Shown: piece by piece, positions 1-34,880 of the stretch | Position numbering within the stretch: the first letter of the stretch is position 1 | How the letters are laid out: each line of letters starts with the position of its first letter | Assembly (NCBI GenBank): GCA_013239625.1 | Contig: MU053561.1 | Coordinates: forward strand, 4,465,992 to 4,529,991 | Direction of reading: 5' to 3' | Source of the DNA: Lama guanicoe | Taxonomy: Eukaryota | DNA: 64,000 bases | Program-made: the position numbers and the translations under genes | The notes under the pieces: generated by a model | The model's input: only the letters and a program-made list of their open reading frames with translations | What the model was told of the DNA's origin: nothing | Databases searched by the model: none

Positions 1-167
1 GGTGGGGAATTGTGTTTATATGAATAAACTATGTACTTGTCAAAAGGCATTTAATTTTAAGAAATTGGCTTAAAATGCCAGTTTAAGAAGTATTTAACAA
101 AGTAAATCACAATATGCAGAGAATATGCATCCTGCCAATATAGTAATAATAACTTCTTAATTCACAG

Positions 168-16226
<16,059 letters not shown>

Positions 16227-17480
16227 CCATATCTACAAAGCACATCATTAATCCACTATGATCAAGTTGGGGGGATTCTGGTGAAGGGTTCTGAATATCT
16301 CCCTCTTCATCCCTCCCAAAATCTGGAATACTTATTCTATTGAGCTATTACACCAGTTTTAACACCTTCCTCGTGTTATGTTTAAAAAAATAAATAAATT
16401 TAAGAAAACCATTTTAAAATTATGCACAGTTGCAGCCTGGAAAACTTAAGGTGGCGCCTTATAGTATCAATTTTAGGAGCTTTATTTGGAGCATTTAACG
16501 CAACTGGTAATTGCAAAATCCACTTTGCCTGTGTAAGTGAAAAATATAGACTGTTACCTTGTTGGCCCTATGAAATTCTGCACTTGGTATTTAGTATATA
16601 CTCTACCTTCATTACTTCCGGCAAGATGTTCTGCCTTAGCACTCAGTTGCATTTTTTCCTTTTCTTTCCTGTTCATTATGCTTTAATTCTGAGGACCATA
16701 TGAGGGTAGAATATATTAAAAATTACAAAAATTTGTATAGGCAAACCATTTCCTTAAGTCAATGGCCAAATGTTAAAATGTTATTTTTCATATCATTTAT
16801 AATCTTGTCACAGTCCACTTAACAAAGTTTGGTTAGATTTCAATGAAAATTATCTTCCAGAGTAGTTTTTTTTTTTTTCCTAGGATCGGGGTGGGTAACT
16901 TTACTACAATTAGTATGTATGGTGCAGAATTTCATGCAAATGAGATGTGCCAGCAGTGTGATAATTTAAACATATTTAAAAAAAAAAGACGAATGCACAA
17001 ATTTGCTGCTGCTTAGATCACTGCAGCTTCTAGGACCCAGTTTCTTTTACTGATTTCAAAAGAAAACAAAAACAAAAAAAATAAAAAAGTTGTGCCTGAA
17101 ATGAATCTTGTTTTTTTTATAAGTAGCCGCCTGGTTCCTGTGTCCTGTGAAACTACGGGCACTTGACCCTTGGTGTAGCTTCTGTTCGACTTTATATCAA
17201 GGGAACGGATTGGTCTGATTTCTTGGCCCCCATCTTGAATTGGCCAAATACAGGTCCCCGGCCAGTGGACTGAAGGCTTTGTCAAATGACAAGACAAGGG
17301 TCAGCTCAGGGGATGTGGGGGAGGGTGCTTTTATCTTCCTCGTTGTCGTTTGAGGTTTTGATCTTCTCTGGGTAAAGAGGCCATTTATCTTTGTAAACAC
17401 ATAACATTTTTGCTTTCTCCAGTTTTCTGTTAATGGCGAAAGAATGGAAGCGAATAAAGTTTTACTGATTTTTGAGACAC
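16227..17480 (+). other. CSDE1: CSDE1 3'UTR with three polyA-signal clusters
   Basis: AATAAA at 16389-16398 (overlapping pair), 17080-17085 and 17453-17458; alternative polyadenylation of UNR is established; 3' end approximate. Confidence 0.8.
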
Positions 17481-17509
17481 TAGCACCTAGTGCTTTCATT
17501 ATTAAAACG

Positions 17510-17650
17510 TCCTGTATGGGGGGAGGGGGGGCGGGTCTGGGCGCGGCCTGCCGCGTGACTCCTGGGTCGGAGGCCCACGTGGCCGGGGCGGGGACTCGGG
17601 CGCCTGGGGCGCCTACTGATTACGTAGCGGGCGGGGCCGGAAGTGCCGCT
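17510..17650 (+). promoter_or_regulatory. NRAS: NRAS TATA-less CpG-rich promoter
   Basis: GC boxes 17585-17593 and 17629-17636, E-box CACGTG 17576-17581, ETS motif CCGGAAGTG 17637-17645, G-tract cluster 17518-17541. Confidence 0.85.
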
Positions 17651-17745
17651 CCCTGGTGGGGGCTGTTCATGGCGGTTCCGGGGTCTCCAACATATTTCTC
17701 GGTTGTAGTCCTAATCTGTCCGAAGCGGAGGCAGCGGAGCTTGAG
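17630..17745 (+). other. NRAS: NRAS exon 1 (non-coding 5'UTR; start approximate)
   Basis: Ends ggagcttgag|gtaagg; resembles human NRAS 5'UTR; splices to cag|gttcttgctggtgtgaaATG at 18234. Confidence 0.85.
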
Positions 17746-18079
17746 GTAAGGTTCTGGCGTGTGTAGCTTTTGGCTTTGGAGCATACTGATGACTCCTTGT
17801 TGCCAAGAATCGAGCGGAATCTGCGAGCTGAAGACAAAGGCCCTGGGCGGGGGTATCCTTCGTTTTGAGCCCTACGGGGGAGCTCTGGAGACAAGCCGGG
17901 GGAGTAAGAAGGTGGAGACAGCCAGGAAGCCTCCCCTCAGAACTGAGACGATTTGCGAGATTACTAGGAAGAGGGGGTTCCTTTACCTTAGGCTGAGGGC
18001 GGGGCCCAAGGGCTATTGAAAAATAGACGATGGTGGGGGTAACTAGAAGGCTACTCCAGAATCCTGAGGCCCAAAGTAA

Positions 18080-23569
<5,490 letters not shown>

Positions 23570-23916
23570 CGAGGTGAGCTTGTGGTCTCGACATAATTGC
23601 AAGTGTTAATGGGGCAGCTTGGAGGAGCGCTGCTGTTGTTTTTCCCATGTTGCTGTTTACCTGAGAGTTTCTGCTCCCTTGTAACTATAAAATACTAACT
23701 ACTTTCCTCATGGCAACCTTGCTGAAAATACTGCAGCCTAAACTGTCCTTAAAACATTTATTTTACAGACAGTGTTACATTTCCGATAACATTAGAAATT
23801 AGAGGCCATTATTTATGAGATATGTTATACCATATTCTTGGCACTGACCAGGAGCTTGAAGGACCCCTACATCAAAACCAGATGATAATGACATGGTGTG
23901 TATTCTTTTCTTACAG

Positions 23917-23958
23917 ATACTTTTAAAGTTCTAGCATCAGAAAAGAGCCACTGTCAAG
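23917..23958 (+). other. NRAS: NRAS exon 6 (42-nt non-coding 3'UTR exon)
   Basis: ttacag|atacttttaaagtt...ccactgtcaag|gtagga. Confidence 0.85.
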
Positions 23959-24061
23959 GTAGGACAAGTTTGGAAACGAATGTGTGGTCATTGATGTTGG
24001 TTTTGTCGCCTTGTTTCTCTGATACTCTGTGCCATTTATACAGATTCCATCTTTATTTCAG

Positions 24062-27000
24062 CTGCACTGACGCCCTGGTCTGGACTTCCCTGGAGGAGAA
24101 GTATTCCTGTTGCTGTCTTCAGTCTCACAAAGAAGCTCCTGCTACTTCCCCAACTCTCAGTAGATCAGTATAATACTCTCTTATTTGAGAAGTTCTCAGA
24201 ATAACTACCTCCTCACTTGGTTGTCTGACCAGAGAAATGAACCTCTTGTTAAGCCCCAGTATTTCTCCACCCTGGGTTCTCCCCCAACACACAGACACAC
24301 CTCCGCCACCCCAGGTTTTTCATCTGAAAAGCAATTAATGCTCTGAAACAGAGAACCAAACTGTAGAAACAGGAAATTCTTTAGAAAACAATGTCTTGAG
24401 CTCTCAAGTAGCAATTGCTGGCAATTTTTTTTTTCTTTTTACTGTTGAACTTGGAATTATGTTGATTTTTGGAGAAATGTCATAAATTACTGTTATACTG
24501 AGAATATAGTTAATGTTGCTGTTTGGTTTGTAATGTTATCAGCTATATTCTATAAACTGGCATCTGCTCTGTATTCAGAAATACAAAAGTGAATACTGAC
24601 TTTTTGAGTCTATCCTCGTCTTCTCGACTTTCTTGTAATTAAATCTAACTTTCACGATGAAGTGCCTTTTTCCTGGAAGTGGTTTGTAGACTTCCTTTAC
24701 AATACTTCAGTGGAGTAGATGTCTCAGAAACGATTATAAATGAAAATGAATGTCTGAGATAGGTCTATGACCTGTCTGGCTTTGAGGGAACAATATACTG
24801 ACATGATAGCAGATGTCATTTCTTACATATTTGAAGTTGGTTTTCTAGAGACCTATTTTTGGGCTCTCCCAAGAGAAAGATGAGACTAAAAATGATTAGG
24901 AACAATTTCACTTCATTTTTCCCTAACCTCCCCCTTTTTTTATTTGTTTTTAGTAGTTTACTACCTACGAAATGTATATAATTTGTTTCTTCTAGCTTAT
25001 TCATAATCTAATGTTCAGTGAACTTCCATTCATATTTAAATTTGGGTCGTATCAGATTCATTCACAGGTGTTCAAAACTGTAAAAATTGGATGCAGTTTA
25101 ATAGTTGTAATCATTGATTCTCCAAATATGTTAAACACATTTTCACTGTATACCATGGTTACTGATGATGTATATAATTGCTCTCAGTCCCCTTCTCACC
25201 CCGTCCTCCGTCCTTCACCCCACAGCAGCAGTGACTTGGTTAATTATTTTAGTTGAGTAAAGCATGGTGCTAATAGACCAGGGTCACAGTTACAAAACTT
25301 TAGTGAGCCATTTAGCATCACAGAGAAAGAAATTCTTCCACATTTGCTCATTGCACCGTTAACTCCAGCTAGTGCTTTTGCTAGATGCATGTGGTTAGTC
25401 CTGTAGGGAGAGAAGAGGTCAGTTAACACAAAGTCTTTACCATTACTGGAAAAAATTGTTATCCTGAGGAGGGTCAGCTTAGAAGTCCTTATAAAGCATC
25501 TAGACTTTTTAGCCCCATGGAAACTAAATTAAGCCGATATTTTTTTCTCATGTTTTTGAGAATAAGGATGCCTCAGATCAAAAGTTTTTAAATTTTCCTT
25601 ATTCATAATGTTCTTAGAAGGATTTAAAACAGGATGTTGATTAATTAGTCTGTGCATACCAGATAACAAGCTGATGAGTTTGGTCAGAACAAGAAGTACC
25701 CTTTGGGTTGAAATTGCTGTTTGAGAGGGGAATGGAAAATATAATTAATTGTTAGTTATGAGGATTTGGAAACTTGGCTTTTCCATTTGCAGATAATATC
25801 CCGATAATTCTAATGAAAAATGGACTTGGATAACTTTTGATAAAAGACTAATTCTACATCAGCCTCTTTCTGTTCTGGTCTTCTAATGTGTAAATACTTA
25901 CTGAGGTCCTCCATCTTCTAATAAGAGTTTTCATTTATTAAGCAAATTCCACATTATCTTGAAATGAATTCAGAAGAGGGGAAGAAACATACTGTACCCA
26001 GAGGATAAAAAAACCCATTGAGGCGTGCTCCTACCTGTTCATTCTGAGAGCTTTCACGGTCTGCACCGTAAACAGACCGCAGCTTTGCTTCTGCTCCTCT
26101 TGGAGCATTGCTCTGTGATTTTCTCGAGGATAGATCGAGGCTTGTCACCTTAGTTGTCGTCATTGTCTCCCCTTTCCTCTTCTTCCCATTCCTCTTGTCT
26201 ATGTGACTGACAGTGTGACTCTTTAGTGTCAAATTAGGGGGAAAAAATAACTCATTTTGGGCTTTTGTGCCCATTACCCTTGTATGTTTGTGTCTTTTAG
26301 TTTCCTCAAATACGTTCTAAGCACAGAAGTATCTAAACGGGGCCAAAATTCAGACTTGAAAATGTTCTTTTAATAGCTTACAAAGTTACACTTTGGTGTG
26401 AATTTTGGCACAGAGGAGTGACAAACGTAGTTAAACGCTGAATAACTTCAGTTAGTGTGGTATAAAATAGTTTTTAGAATATGTTTGTGATTGCTGAAAA
26501 CAATTATAGTTTACCTCAAAATCTGAAAGTCTCTTTCCCCAAGTTAAGTGCCTGGCCAGCTGTCATAAATTACATATTTATGTTTGTTTGTTTTTTAAAG
26601 ATTGCATGTTCAAGATTGTGAAAACATTCAAGACAGGTGTTCTGTCTGAAAGCTACCATGCCTATCTGTAAATGGATCTGCTGAGTGCTGTATTTGCTCC
26701 AACAGCTTCCTCTTGATTGTTACTTGGTAATACAATATCATACTTATTACAGCTTTCACTTCAGGAGTGTAATAGGTAAAATTATCCTCAATATGTATTG
26801 TGATGGGCCCCATGTTTAGTCTTTCATCATCCTTTAAACTGCTGTGAATTTTTTGTCTTGACTTGAAAGCAAGGATAGAGAAACACTTTAAAGAGATACT
26901 TTGGGTTTTCCATTCCAGAATTTGTGAGCATAGTCATATTTTGCTTTACAGTTACAGTCATGAACTCTTTAAGCTGGCAGCTACAACCAAGAACCAAAAA

Positions 27001-27570
27001 AATGGTGCATTCTGCTCCTTGTGATTCATCTCTTGCTAATTAATTATAAGGAGCAAGGATAACTAATTAGAGAAAGTATCTTATTTGGGTGGTTTCTGTA
27101 AACAAGGGACTATAATTCTTGTACATTATTTTTCATCTTTGCTGTTTTAGAAATCTAATGTGCCACAAAATTATTTTAAGGTGTTTCTTATAAGAATTGT
27201 TTTAAAAGCACTCGTTATCAGAATAAGTGTAGATATATTTCAAAATATAACTGGTAATTTTTAAAGGCCTGAGTACTGACCTAAGAAGCAATCGTATGAA
27301 TTCTCTGGAGGGAAGGGAGGATCTCAATGGAAGTTGTATGACTTTTATATTTCTGTGCCATCAAATACAGTTTAAAAATATCACTTGTGCAATTCTGCTG
27401 TTTAAACAGGAATTTTGGCCTCCTTGGCCCTAAATGAAAGGGCTGATATTTTAAGTTGACTATTTTATTGTAAATTAATCCATCCTCACCTTTTTTTTTT
27501 TTTAATTTGGTTGAATGTTTTTCTTGTTAAATGTTTAAAAAAATAAAAACTGGAAGTTCTTTGCTTAGTC
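24062..27570 (+). other. NRAS: NRAS terminal exon (long 3'UTR)
   Basis: tttcag|ctgcactgac...; AATAAA 27542-27547; let-7 seed matches at 24205-24211 and 26512-26518; end approximate. Confidence 0.8.
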
Positions 27571-30254
27571 ATAATGTTTTTTCCACTGATGTACCTTTAT
27601 TGAAAGTTAATATTAAATTCAGATTTTTGGATGTGACATTTGGACAATATTGGAAGATCTGAGTTCCTCATTTTATCTCAATGTGAAATATGTCAGAGCC
27701 TGCTTTATTACGTACATCGGGAGTGATTCATAGCTATATGTCAAGTCCTTCACATACTAATATGAAGTGCTAAAAACTACCATTGGATCTTTTGGCCTTT
27801 TTTTGCATTACTGCACAGTCTACCAATCTTGGTAGAGCTGGAAGAGCATAGGTCTAGGAGCCAGAGAATAGGGGCTCCAACTATAATTTTACTACTCCAG
27901 CCAATATTTTCATCATCTACAAAGTAGGGAAATTGAATAAGGATATCTCAGATTTCCCAATCCTAATTAAGGAGATATAAAACAATGATTTCAAACCTAG
28001 GCTTCTTCACCAACACTGGAATACTGTGATTATGAGGACTTTGGTTCATTCTACCAAAAATAACCATTTTTTTCCACTTTTTTCTTTGAAAAGGCAAGGA
28101 TGGATCATTAGTATTTGAATTAAGCTTAAGGAAACCAAATTTAAGCAACAAAATTCTGTTTCTAGCTACTGAGATGAGTGTAAATATTTTAGATTGTAAA
28201 ATGTATATGAAAAAGAAACAGAATTATGGACGTGGTGTATCAAACAGATTTCCTCCTTAAGTTGATCACCTATGCTTCACATCAGATCTTTTGTTCTGCT
28301 AATAGTTGACTCCCCAGTAACTGAGAAAGGAAAAGAGGAAAGAATATTTTCTTACGATTGCTGCTGTTCTGCTTGGCAAAATGAAGCTTTAGAGAGACAA
28401 ACGATGAAAAATAGCTAAAGAATGTTTTTTATTTGGAATATGAGGGGACCTGTGCATCTCTGTGCTGTTAAAGTTTCTATTCTCATAACAAGCAATTCTC
28501 AAGGTCATGAAAAGGCCAACAGAGTTGCATGAGCTATTTGGTATCCATAAATACATGTAAGGGGCCAAGAGGTTGTACTAGTGGTTATTTTGCAAAATGG
28601 CTTTGGACACATTTCAGAGAATATTCAGCCCCATGACTTGAGAGCACAGAGAGAATCAACGTCTAGTATCCAAATGGGAAAGGTATGCTTTGTAATGCTT
28701 TAAATATAACTCTGGGCAATGCAATGTGGTCCTAGATCTTAATAAAAGAAAACTGGGACTCAAGGAACGTCCGAAATACAGATAACAAATACCTTTGCGG
28801 TGCCAAAAGGAACATCAAAGGTTCAGACTTGTGAACTGGAAGTAGACCCAGTGAATTGATCGCTCTTGTCTGGAGGCATTGTATTCACGATTAACTTTGC
28901 ACTTGCAGCAAAATAGTTAATACTTATTAACCTACTGGTGAGAGGGGAGAGGCGTTTACTTTTCAACTGAAAAGAATGCTTAATCTCTTCTTAAAACTAG
29001 TATAAATACAGATTGCCATCAATTTGTAGGCCACATAAAGAGAACTAGGGGTAGTGCCTGTGATATTGGGGGTTAAAGTGACATTAAATATTTCTAAAAA
29101 TAGAGGCAGCTACATGCCTAACCAGGGAGGATGTGGTTGGAACTGAGCAGTTGCCTGCCTATTAGAGCCTTCAGATACAGGAACCTGAAACATTATCCGA
29201 GTTAGGAAAAGCAATCTTCTAGAGTGGCTTCTGTAGGAGTGATAAAATTGGCACTACTGACACTTTCTGCGGGAGCTTGAGATGTGTGAATTCTGTATGA
29301 TACCTAAGTCTGAAGGAAAATTTGCACATTGTTTTAAAATATTTTAGTGTAAATCAGTTCTCCACATTTACAACTGAGACCCCCTAACGTCCCTGATGTG
29401 ATTTTTTTTAATCATTGGAATAGAGTTTAAAGACAGACATCTTGAAAGTTAGATCAAGAAGTCTCATAAGTTTATGTTTGTTTTGCTTGTGAATTTGAGG
29501 AGTTTGACATTTAATATTAAAGTCCAAAATGAAACTCTAGCACAGAATATGAACTGAAATTACCAAAGCCTGTGCCCCTATTGCCCTATCATTCTATAGT
29601 TGGTGTGACATTTCCTCTCCAAGAACCACATTTGGAGGCATAGCCACATGCCTTAACAAAACATTTTTGTTTCTTTGGCTCAGTAAATTTCTCTTACTAC
29701 TTTCCTTCCTAACTCATTTAGCAGATTTTTATTGAAACTTCTAAGTGCCTGGGCACTGTGCTGCTCCAGTCATATAGCAATGAACCTGGCAGACTTGGGC
29801 TCCTCATTCATCTTTTATATTGTATTGAGGAGAGATTTCAAAAACAGAGTTTCTTAGTTGCAGTTTGTTTCGAAAGATAAGGAGACATACTTCTTATTAG
29901 CCTTGGTGTTCCAACTGCCACCCTCTTGACACTGCCTAGGGCCACCATCTTCCTGATTTTTCTGAATTCTCAAGGCTACCTAAGATGCACCAGAGCCCAT
30001 CTCATGCCTCTTTGCCATTTGGGTCTCTTCTTTTCAAATCAAGGCTCTCAGAAGTGGAAACCATAAATTGCTTTGCAATTTCAGAGTGCTCTTAGCATAC
30101 ATTTATTTAATCCTCCACAAATGCCATATAAGACAGGAAAGATCTCCATTTTACTGATGAGAAAACTGAATCCCCTGTAAGTAGATGAATTGATTCCAGA
30201 TTGGAACTCAGGTCTTCTGACTTTAGATCCTGTGCTCTTTTTCATTCACTAGTC

Positions 30255-30477
30255 CAACTGACCCTTGAACAACATGGGTCTGAACTGGTCAGGTTCACTT
30301 ATATGCAGATTTTTTTCTCAGTAGCAAATATTACAGCACTACGTCATCTGAGGTTGGTTGAATCCAGGGATACAGAGGAATCGCGGATACTGAGGGCTGA
30401 CTGTAAGTTACAGATGGATTGTTGACTTCATAGAGGGTGGGTACCCCTTAAGTCCCGCGTTATTCAAAGGTCAACTG
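30255..30477. mobile_element. Tigger2-family MITE (MER8-like)
   Basis: Terminal inverted repeats caactgacccttgaacaac ... gttattcaaaggtcaactg. Confidence 0.75.
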
Positions 30478-32592
30478 GAGTCTTCAAACTGCTGCTCAAG
30501 GCCCTTGGAGTGTCATATAGGAGATTTCTGAGAAAGCTTGAGTGGGTGGGGCTCTGCTCTTCCTCCCTGTTCTCACCTTCAACCTAAGCTGCACTTTCAT
30601 CTGTGTTTTGGTTTTTTTTTTTTTTGCACATTATCCCGATATTTTAATAATCTTAAATATCAAGAATGACAATTTTTAATTTAACTTCCTGAAGTTTGGT
30701 GTGAATTGACTTCATGTTTTGAATATTCAGTTTTACTAATTTTATAATAGTAATGAAAGAACCTGGTTTTTAAAAAATTGAAAAAAAAATTCAAACCATA
30801 CATAGAATTAATTACAGAGTTAACCTTTATTCAAAGTTAATCACTTTAAACTTTGGTTGTTGTTGTCTTATCATCCTTTGTGAAGATTCTTATGAACGGG
30901 GTCATATGGCGTGTGTGTGTGAAAGCTTTGTAATTTTTCACAAATTGAATCATTTAGATATACGGTGTTCTATACCTTGCTAATTTCACTCAATAATGTA
31001 CATTCCACACCTTTTCCTAACCAGCATTTTACAGCAACATCTTTCTTTTGAAAACTGTGTATTATATACAACCTTCTCTCTACTGACACACACACAGGCT
31101 CTTTTTTTATTTGATGGTTGATTATTTTCTCATATCAAATATCATTATTCTCAACTTATATTTGCCAGTATATGCATAGAGCAAATTGCCACAAATAGTC
31201 AGGTTTACACTCGATGCATTTTTTATTTCAATGCATATGGCCTTAATTGTCCTCCAAACAATGTTTTATCAATAGATTCCTTCCAACAGTGCATGAGAGG
31301 ATGTTTTATCCCAGACCCTGGCCAACCCTAGGATACATCAAACTTTCAAATTTTAAAAAATTAATAGGTAAACTGATATTTTATCTATTGTCCAATTTGC
31401 ATTTATGTAAGCACTTTCCTCTGTTTTTCATTTTAGGCTTCCATTCAAGATTTAGCTTGAAGATTCCATAAGTAAAAGTTTAAACACCCCTTGACCTCAC
31501 CAGTCTACTCCTACAACCATCTGTCAAGCTGGGAATCACTACATCACATCCTTGTGTCTAGTCCAGACCCCAGCATCCTCTAGGCACCATCACGATCATT
31601 GTTCAACTAAGCAAGAGTGATACAGTATGTGACACCCCAGTTAAGAGCCCCAACTCAGGAGCCAGAGTACCTGAGCTTAAATCCCATCTCTACCACTTAC
31701 TAGCTATGAGACCTTGGGCAAGTCAGTCTCTGTACCTGAATTTCTTCAGCTGTAAGATGGAGGTGATAATAGTTCCTCAAAAGACTATTGTGAAAGTTAA
31801 ATGAATGAATATACGTTTTTAAAAAAGCAACTTGGAATAGTGCCTAGCACTGTTATTACTGCACAGAGCCCACAGCTTGCCACCCACCCCATCTCCTAAC
31901 AGAACACAGTATACTGCTGAAGTTTAGATTGTTTTGTTAAAAGCACATTGCTGAATTTTAGTTCTATTCAAGAGACAGGAAACAAAGTCAGTTTGTCTCA
32001 TGGAAAAGGATGAGTCTTACAAATTTGACTTCTTTATTTTTAGGCATGTATGGGGAATTATTACTAACAGGGAAATGAACCTGAATCCAGTAAATACTAT
32101 GAAGTTCCATAATTTGGTTATATTCCAAACTAAAACTCATTCCTTAGGTGTAAGGTAACTTTTTATAAACCTCTAACAGGGTTACAAAAACAGTCCATAG
32201 TTGCTGCTGACAAAAGGGTTCTATTCCCAAACCGGAAGTTGTAATGAACTCAGAACTGCTCTCACTGAAGCAATGTTATAAAGGATTAAGCTCACCCTGA
32301 AAGTCTGTTAATGACAATGAACCCCATATAATGCTTCAGCATCTTAACCATGAGTGACTGAGGGCATTGAGGGGGAAGGGTGAAGAGCAGGTTGGAAAGG
32401 GCTGGGAGCTCCCAGCAGGTTTCACAGCAGGGAGGGAGACCTGCTGCAGTGGAAGAGAAGAAGTACTTTCTGAACAAGGGAAACCAGGCAGCAGTGATCT
32501 CCTGTGTATAGCTCATTCCTGTTAGGTGTCAGTCATCTCCTTCCCGTGGAGCCTCGCGTTACAGTTATCTCTCTCAATAAAATACAGGAAAT

Positions 32593-32690
32593 GGGGAGGG
32601 TATAGCTCAGTGGTAGAGCAAATGCTTAGCATGCGTGAGGTCCTGGGTTCAATCCCCAGTACCTCCATTACATAAACAAACAAACCAACC
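32593..32690 (+). mobile_element. tRNA-derived SINE (Vic-1-like), short form
   Basis: ggggagggtatagctcagtggtagag...ggttcaatccccagtacctcc; TSD taaaatacaRgaaat at 32578-32592 and 32691-32705. Confidence 0.9.
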
Positions 32691-34429
32691 TAAAATACAA
32701 GAAATCTCTCCTTTAAAAAATACATTTGTAAATTTGTTATTTGGAACCCTGAATGTTTTCCATTGGAATAATATTCTAAATGATGGGAAAGGTCCCCACG
32801 GGAGTTCCAAACAATATAACCCATAATTTGGTTGAAATAGTCACATAATTACTTTTAAAAGACCTAGAAAATAATAATTTTATTTTGCTAAGAACTAAAG
32901 CAAAAAGAGAGTTAAATGAGTCTAGTTTATCTTATATATCGATGCTTGAAGAAAAAGCAAATTTAGTTACAGAAAAAGGACAAGCAGTGATTTGTCCCAT
33001 TAAAGGGAACTTCTGGACATTTTTCCTTAAGATCTGTGGATGATAGAACCAGAATATGTTCTGTTTTGTTTTGCTTTAAATTCAGATTTTTTAAATCATA
33101 GAAATAATATTTGTTCATGGTCACAAATGCAAATAAGGCAAAAGAAAAAAATTAAAAATTGCCATCATTCCACTGCCCAGACAGAACACTGGAATAAATG
33201 GTCCAGGCTGTTTTCAATGTTTATAGTAATATATACATTAAATGCCTTTTTTTTTTTTTACAAAATCAAGATTACACTATGTATATGTCTTTGTAATATG
33301 CTTTTTCACTTAATAAAAATCTTTTAATGTTTTCCATGTTAACATATATTTATCTACACCATCATGTTAATGACTAAGTGGTATTTTGTACTATGTTTGT
33401 ACCATATTTTAATCAACCTTCTATTGCAGACATGGTTGTTCCTAATTTTTGGCTCTTAAACAGTTTGGCTACAATTAACTGAAACACATCTTTGAATACT
33501 TGTGTAATAATTTCCTTAAGATAACATAAAAATGAGATTGTCGTATCAATGGATAAGCATATTTTAAAAGGTTTTTTGATAAATATATAGCCAAATTTCC
33601 TTCCAGAAAGGCTAAAATCTTATAATTCCACCTACCACCTGACTCTCTTTCCTCATATATTAAACATTAAGGATTATCAAGAAACTGGTTCTTTTTTATA
33701 ATCAAATTCACTTCAAATTGTATGGGAAAACAATAATAATTATTTTTTAAACTGTTACATGCAGTTTTAGGAACTCTTCATAGTATAATCATATTTTTCT
33801 TATTTGCATCAGGTGGAATTCCCCAAAAGACAATAGTTTAAGAGCTCTTCATTTTTACTTTGATGGTAAAGACTTAAAATTTGTTTAGCACTTTTCCCCA
33901 TTACTTAAATCTACCAACTTTTGTCTGGACATTTCTACATGCTAACAACTTTATAATCATGAATTTACTTACTCAGTGAATCAGGAATATTAAAAATAAT
34001 ATAGGGCTTGAATATCCCCAACCACTACCCCCATGTCTTCAAGTATCTCTGCATTCTTCTCCCTCCTCCACTCCAGACTCAGAGGAAATGGTCCTCTCCT
34101 CTCTTCCAGGTCCTTCCTCCACCTGGGTCTTTCTTCCACCTCCTCCCGTGTCCTCCAAGACTGGTAACTTGTTCTTGCCTTTAGTTTTCACTCTCTTAAG
34201 TATTTACTTTCCTCCATCTACTTGTTTCTTCCCCTAGAATTCCATAAATGTACTCCTTTGACCCTAGTTTCCTCAGTTATCACTCTATTTTTTTCCTCCT
34301 TCCACTCTCTGACAACATCATTAGGAAAGAAGAGCCTCCACCTTCCTCACCTCTTTCTTACTTTTCAACTCACAACCATCAAACCTCCTCTCTTCTCGTG
34401 ACTTCTCTGAAGCTTCTCCAACAGTGTGG

Positions 34430-34880
34430 GAGCCACAGAGGTGGAGGAAGAGGCTCTGGAACCTGCTGTGAGGAACTAGCTGACAGCTTGAGTTTCCACA
34501 CCTTTTCATCTGCAACCTTGAAGCCATGCTCAGTACCCATCCTTGCCATCCCACAGTCAATGATTGATCATGGTAAGGGTATAGAGTTGGACCCTATCAG
34601 TTCTGCTCTCTCCAGAACTCCTAGAACAAGCAGTCCTTGTGGGGAACTCCTCATTGAACTGGCTAAGACTCTTACAGACTAAAATCTGAGGCTCTCTCTC
34701 TTCAGTCCTCCTTCCCCTCTCCTCTTGTAAGTGTCAGATCAGCATCATGTCGTGGTCTGAAGACTTTCCCTGCTGACTACTGCTCCCTCCTCTTTTATCC
34801 TTCACAGGCATTCTCCCAATACATCTCTTGTATGTCTAGTTCTGTTTGGGCATTTTCTTTAAGGACCTGACCTCACCCAA
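34430..34880 (+). mobile_element. ERVL-type LTR relic embedded in pyrimidine-rich L2-like sequence
   Basis: 3' end cacaggcattctcccaatacatctcttg...ggacctgacct resembles ERVL LTR ends; boundaries approximate. Confidence 0.45.

Noticed and set aside
32230..32560. ETS motif and CAGCAG-rich patch as a possible enhancer
   Set aside because: Motifs too short and sparse to support without chromatin data.
32593..32666. tRNA-like sequence with A and B boxes
   Set aside because: Has A-rich tail and TSD and recurs six times: SINE head, not a tRNA gene.
34248..34682. 144-aa ORF
   Set aside because: Lies in old L2/LTR-like repeat sequence; no homology or splice support.
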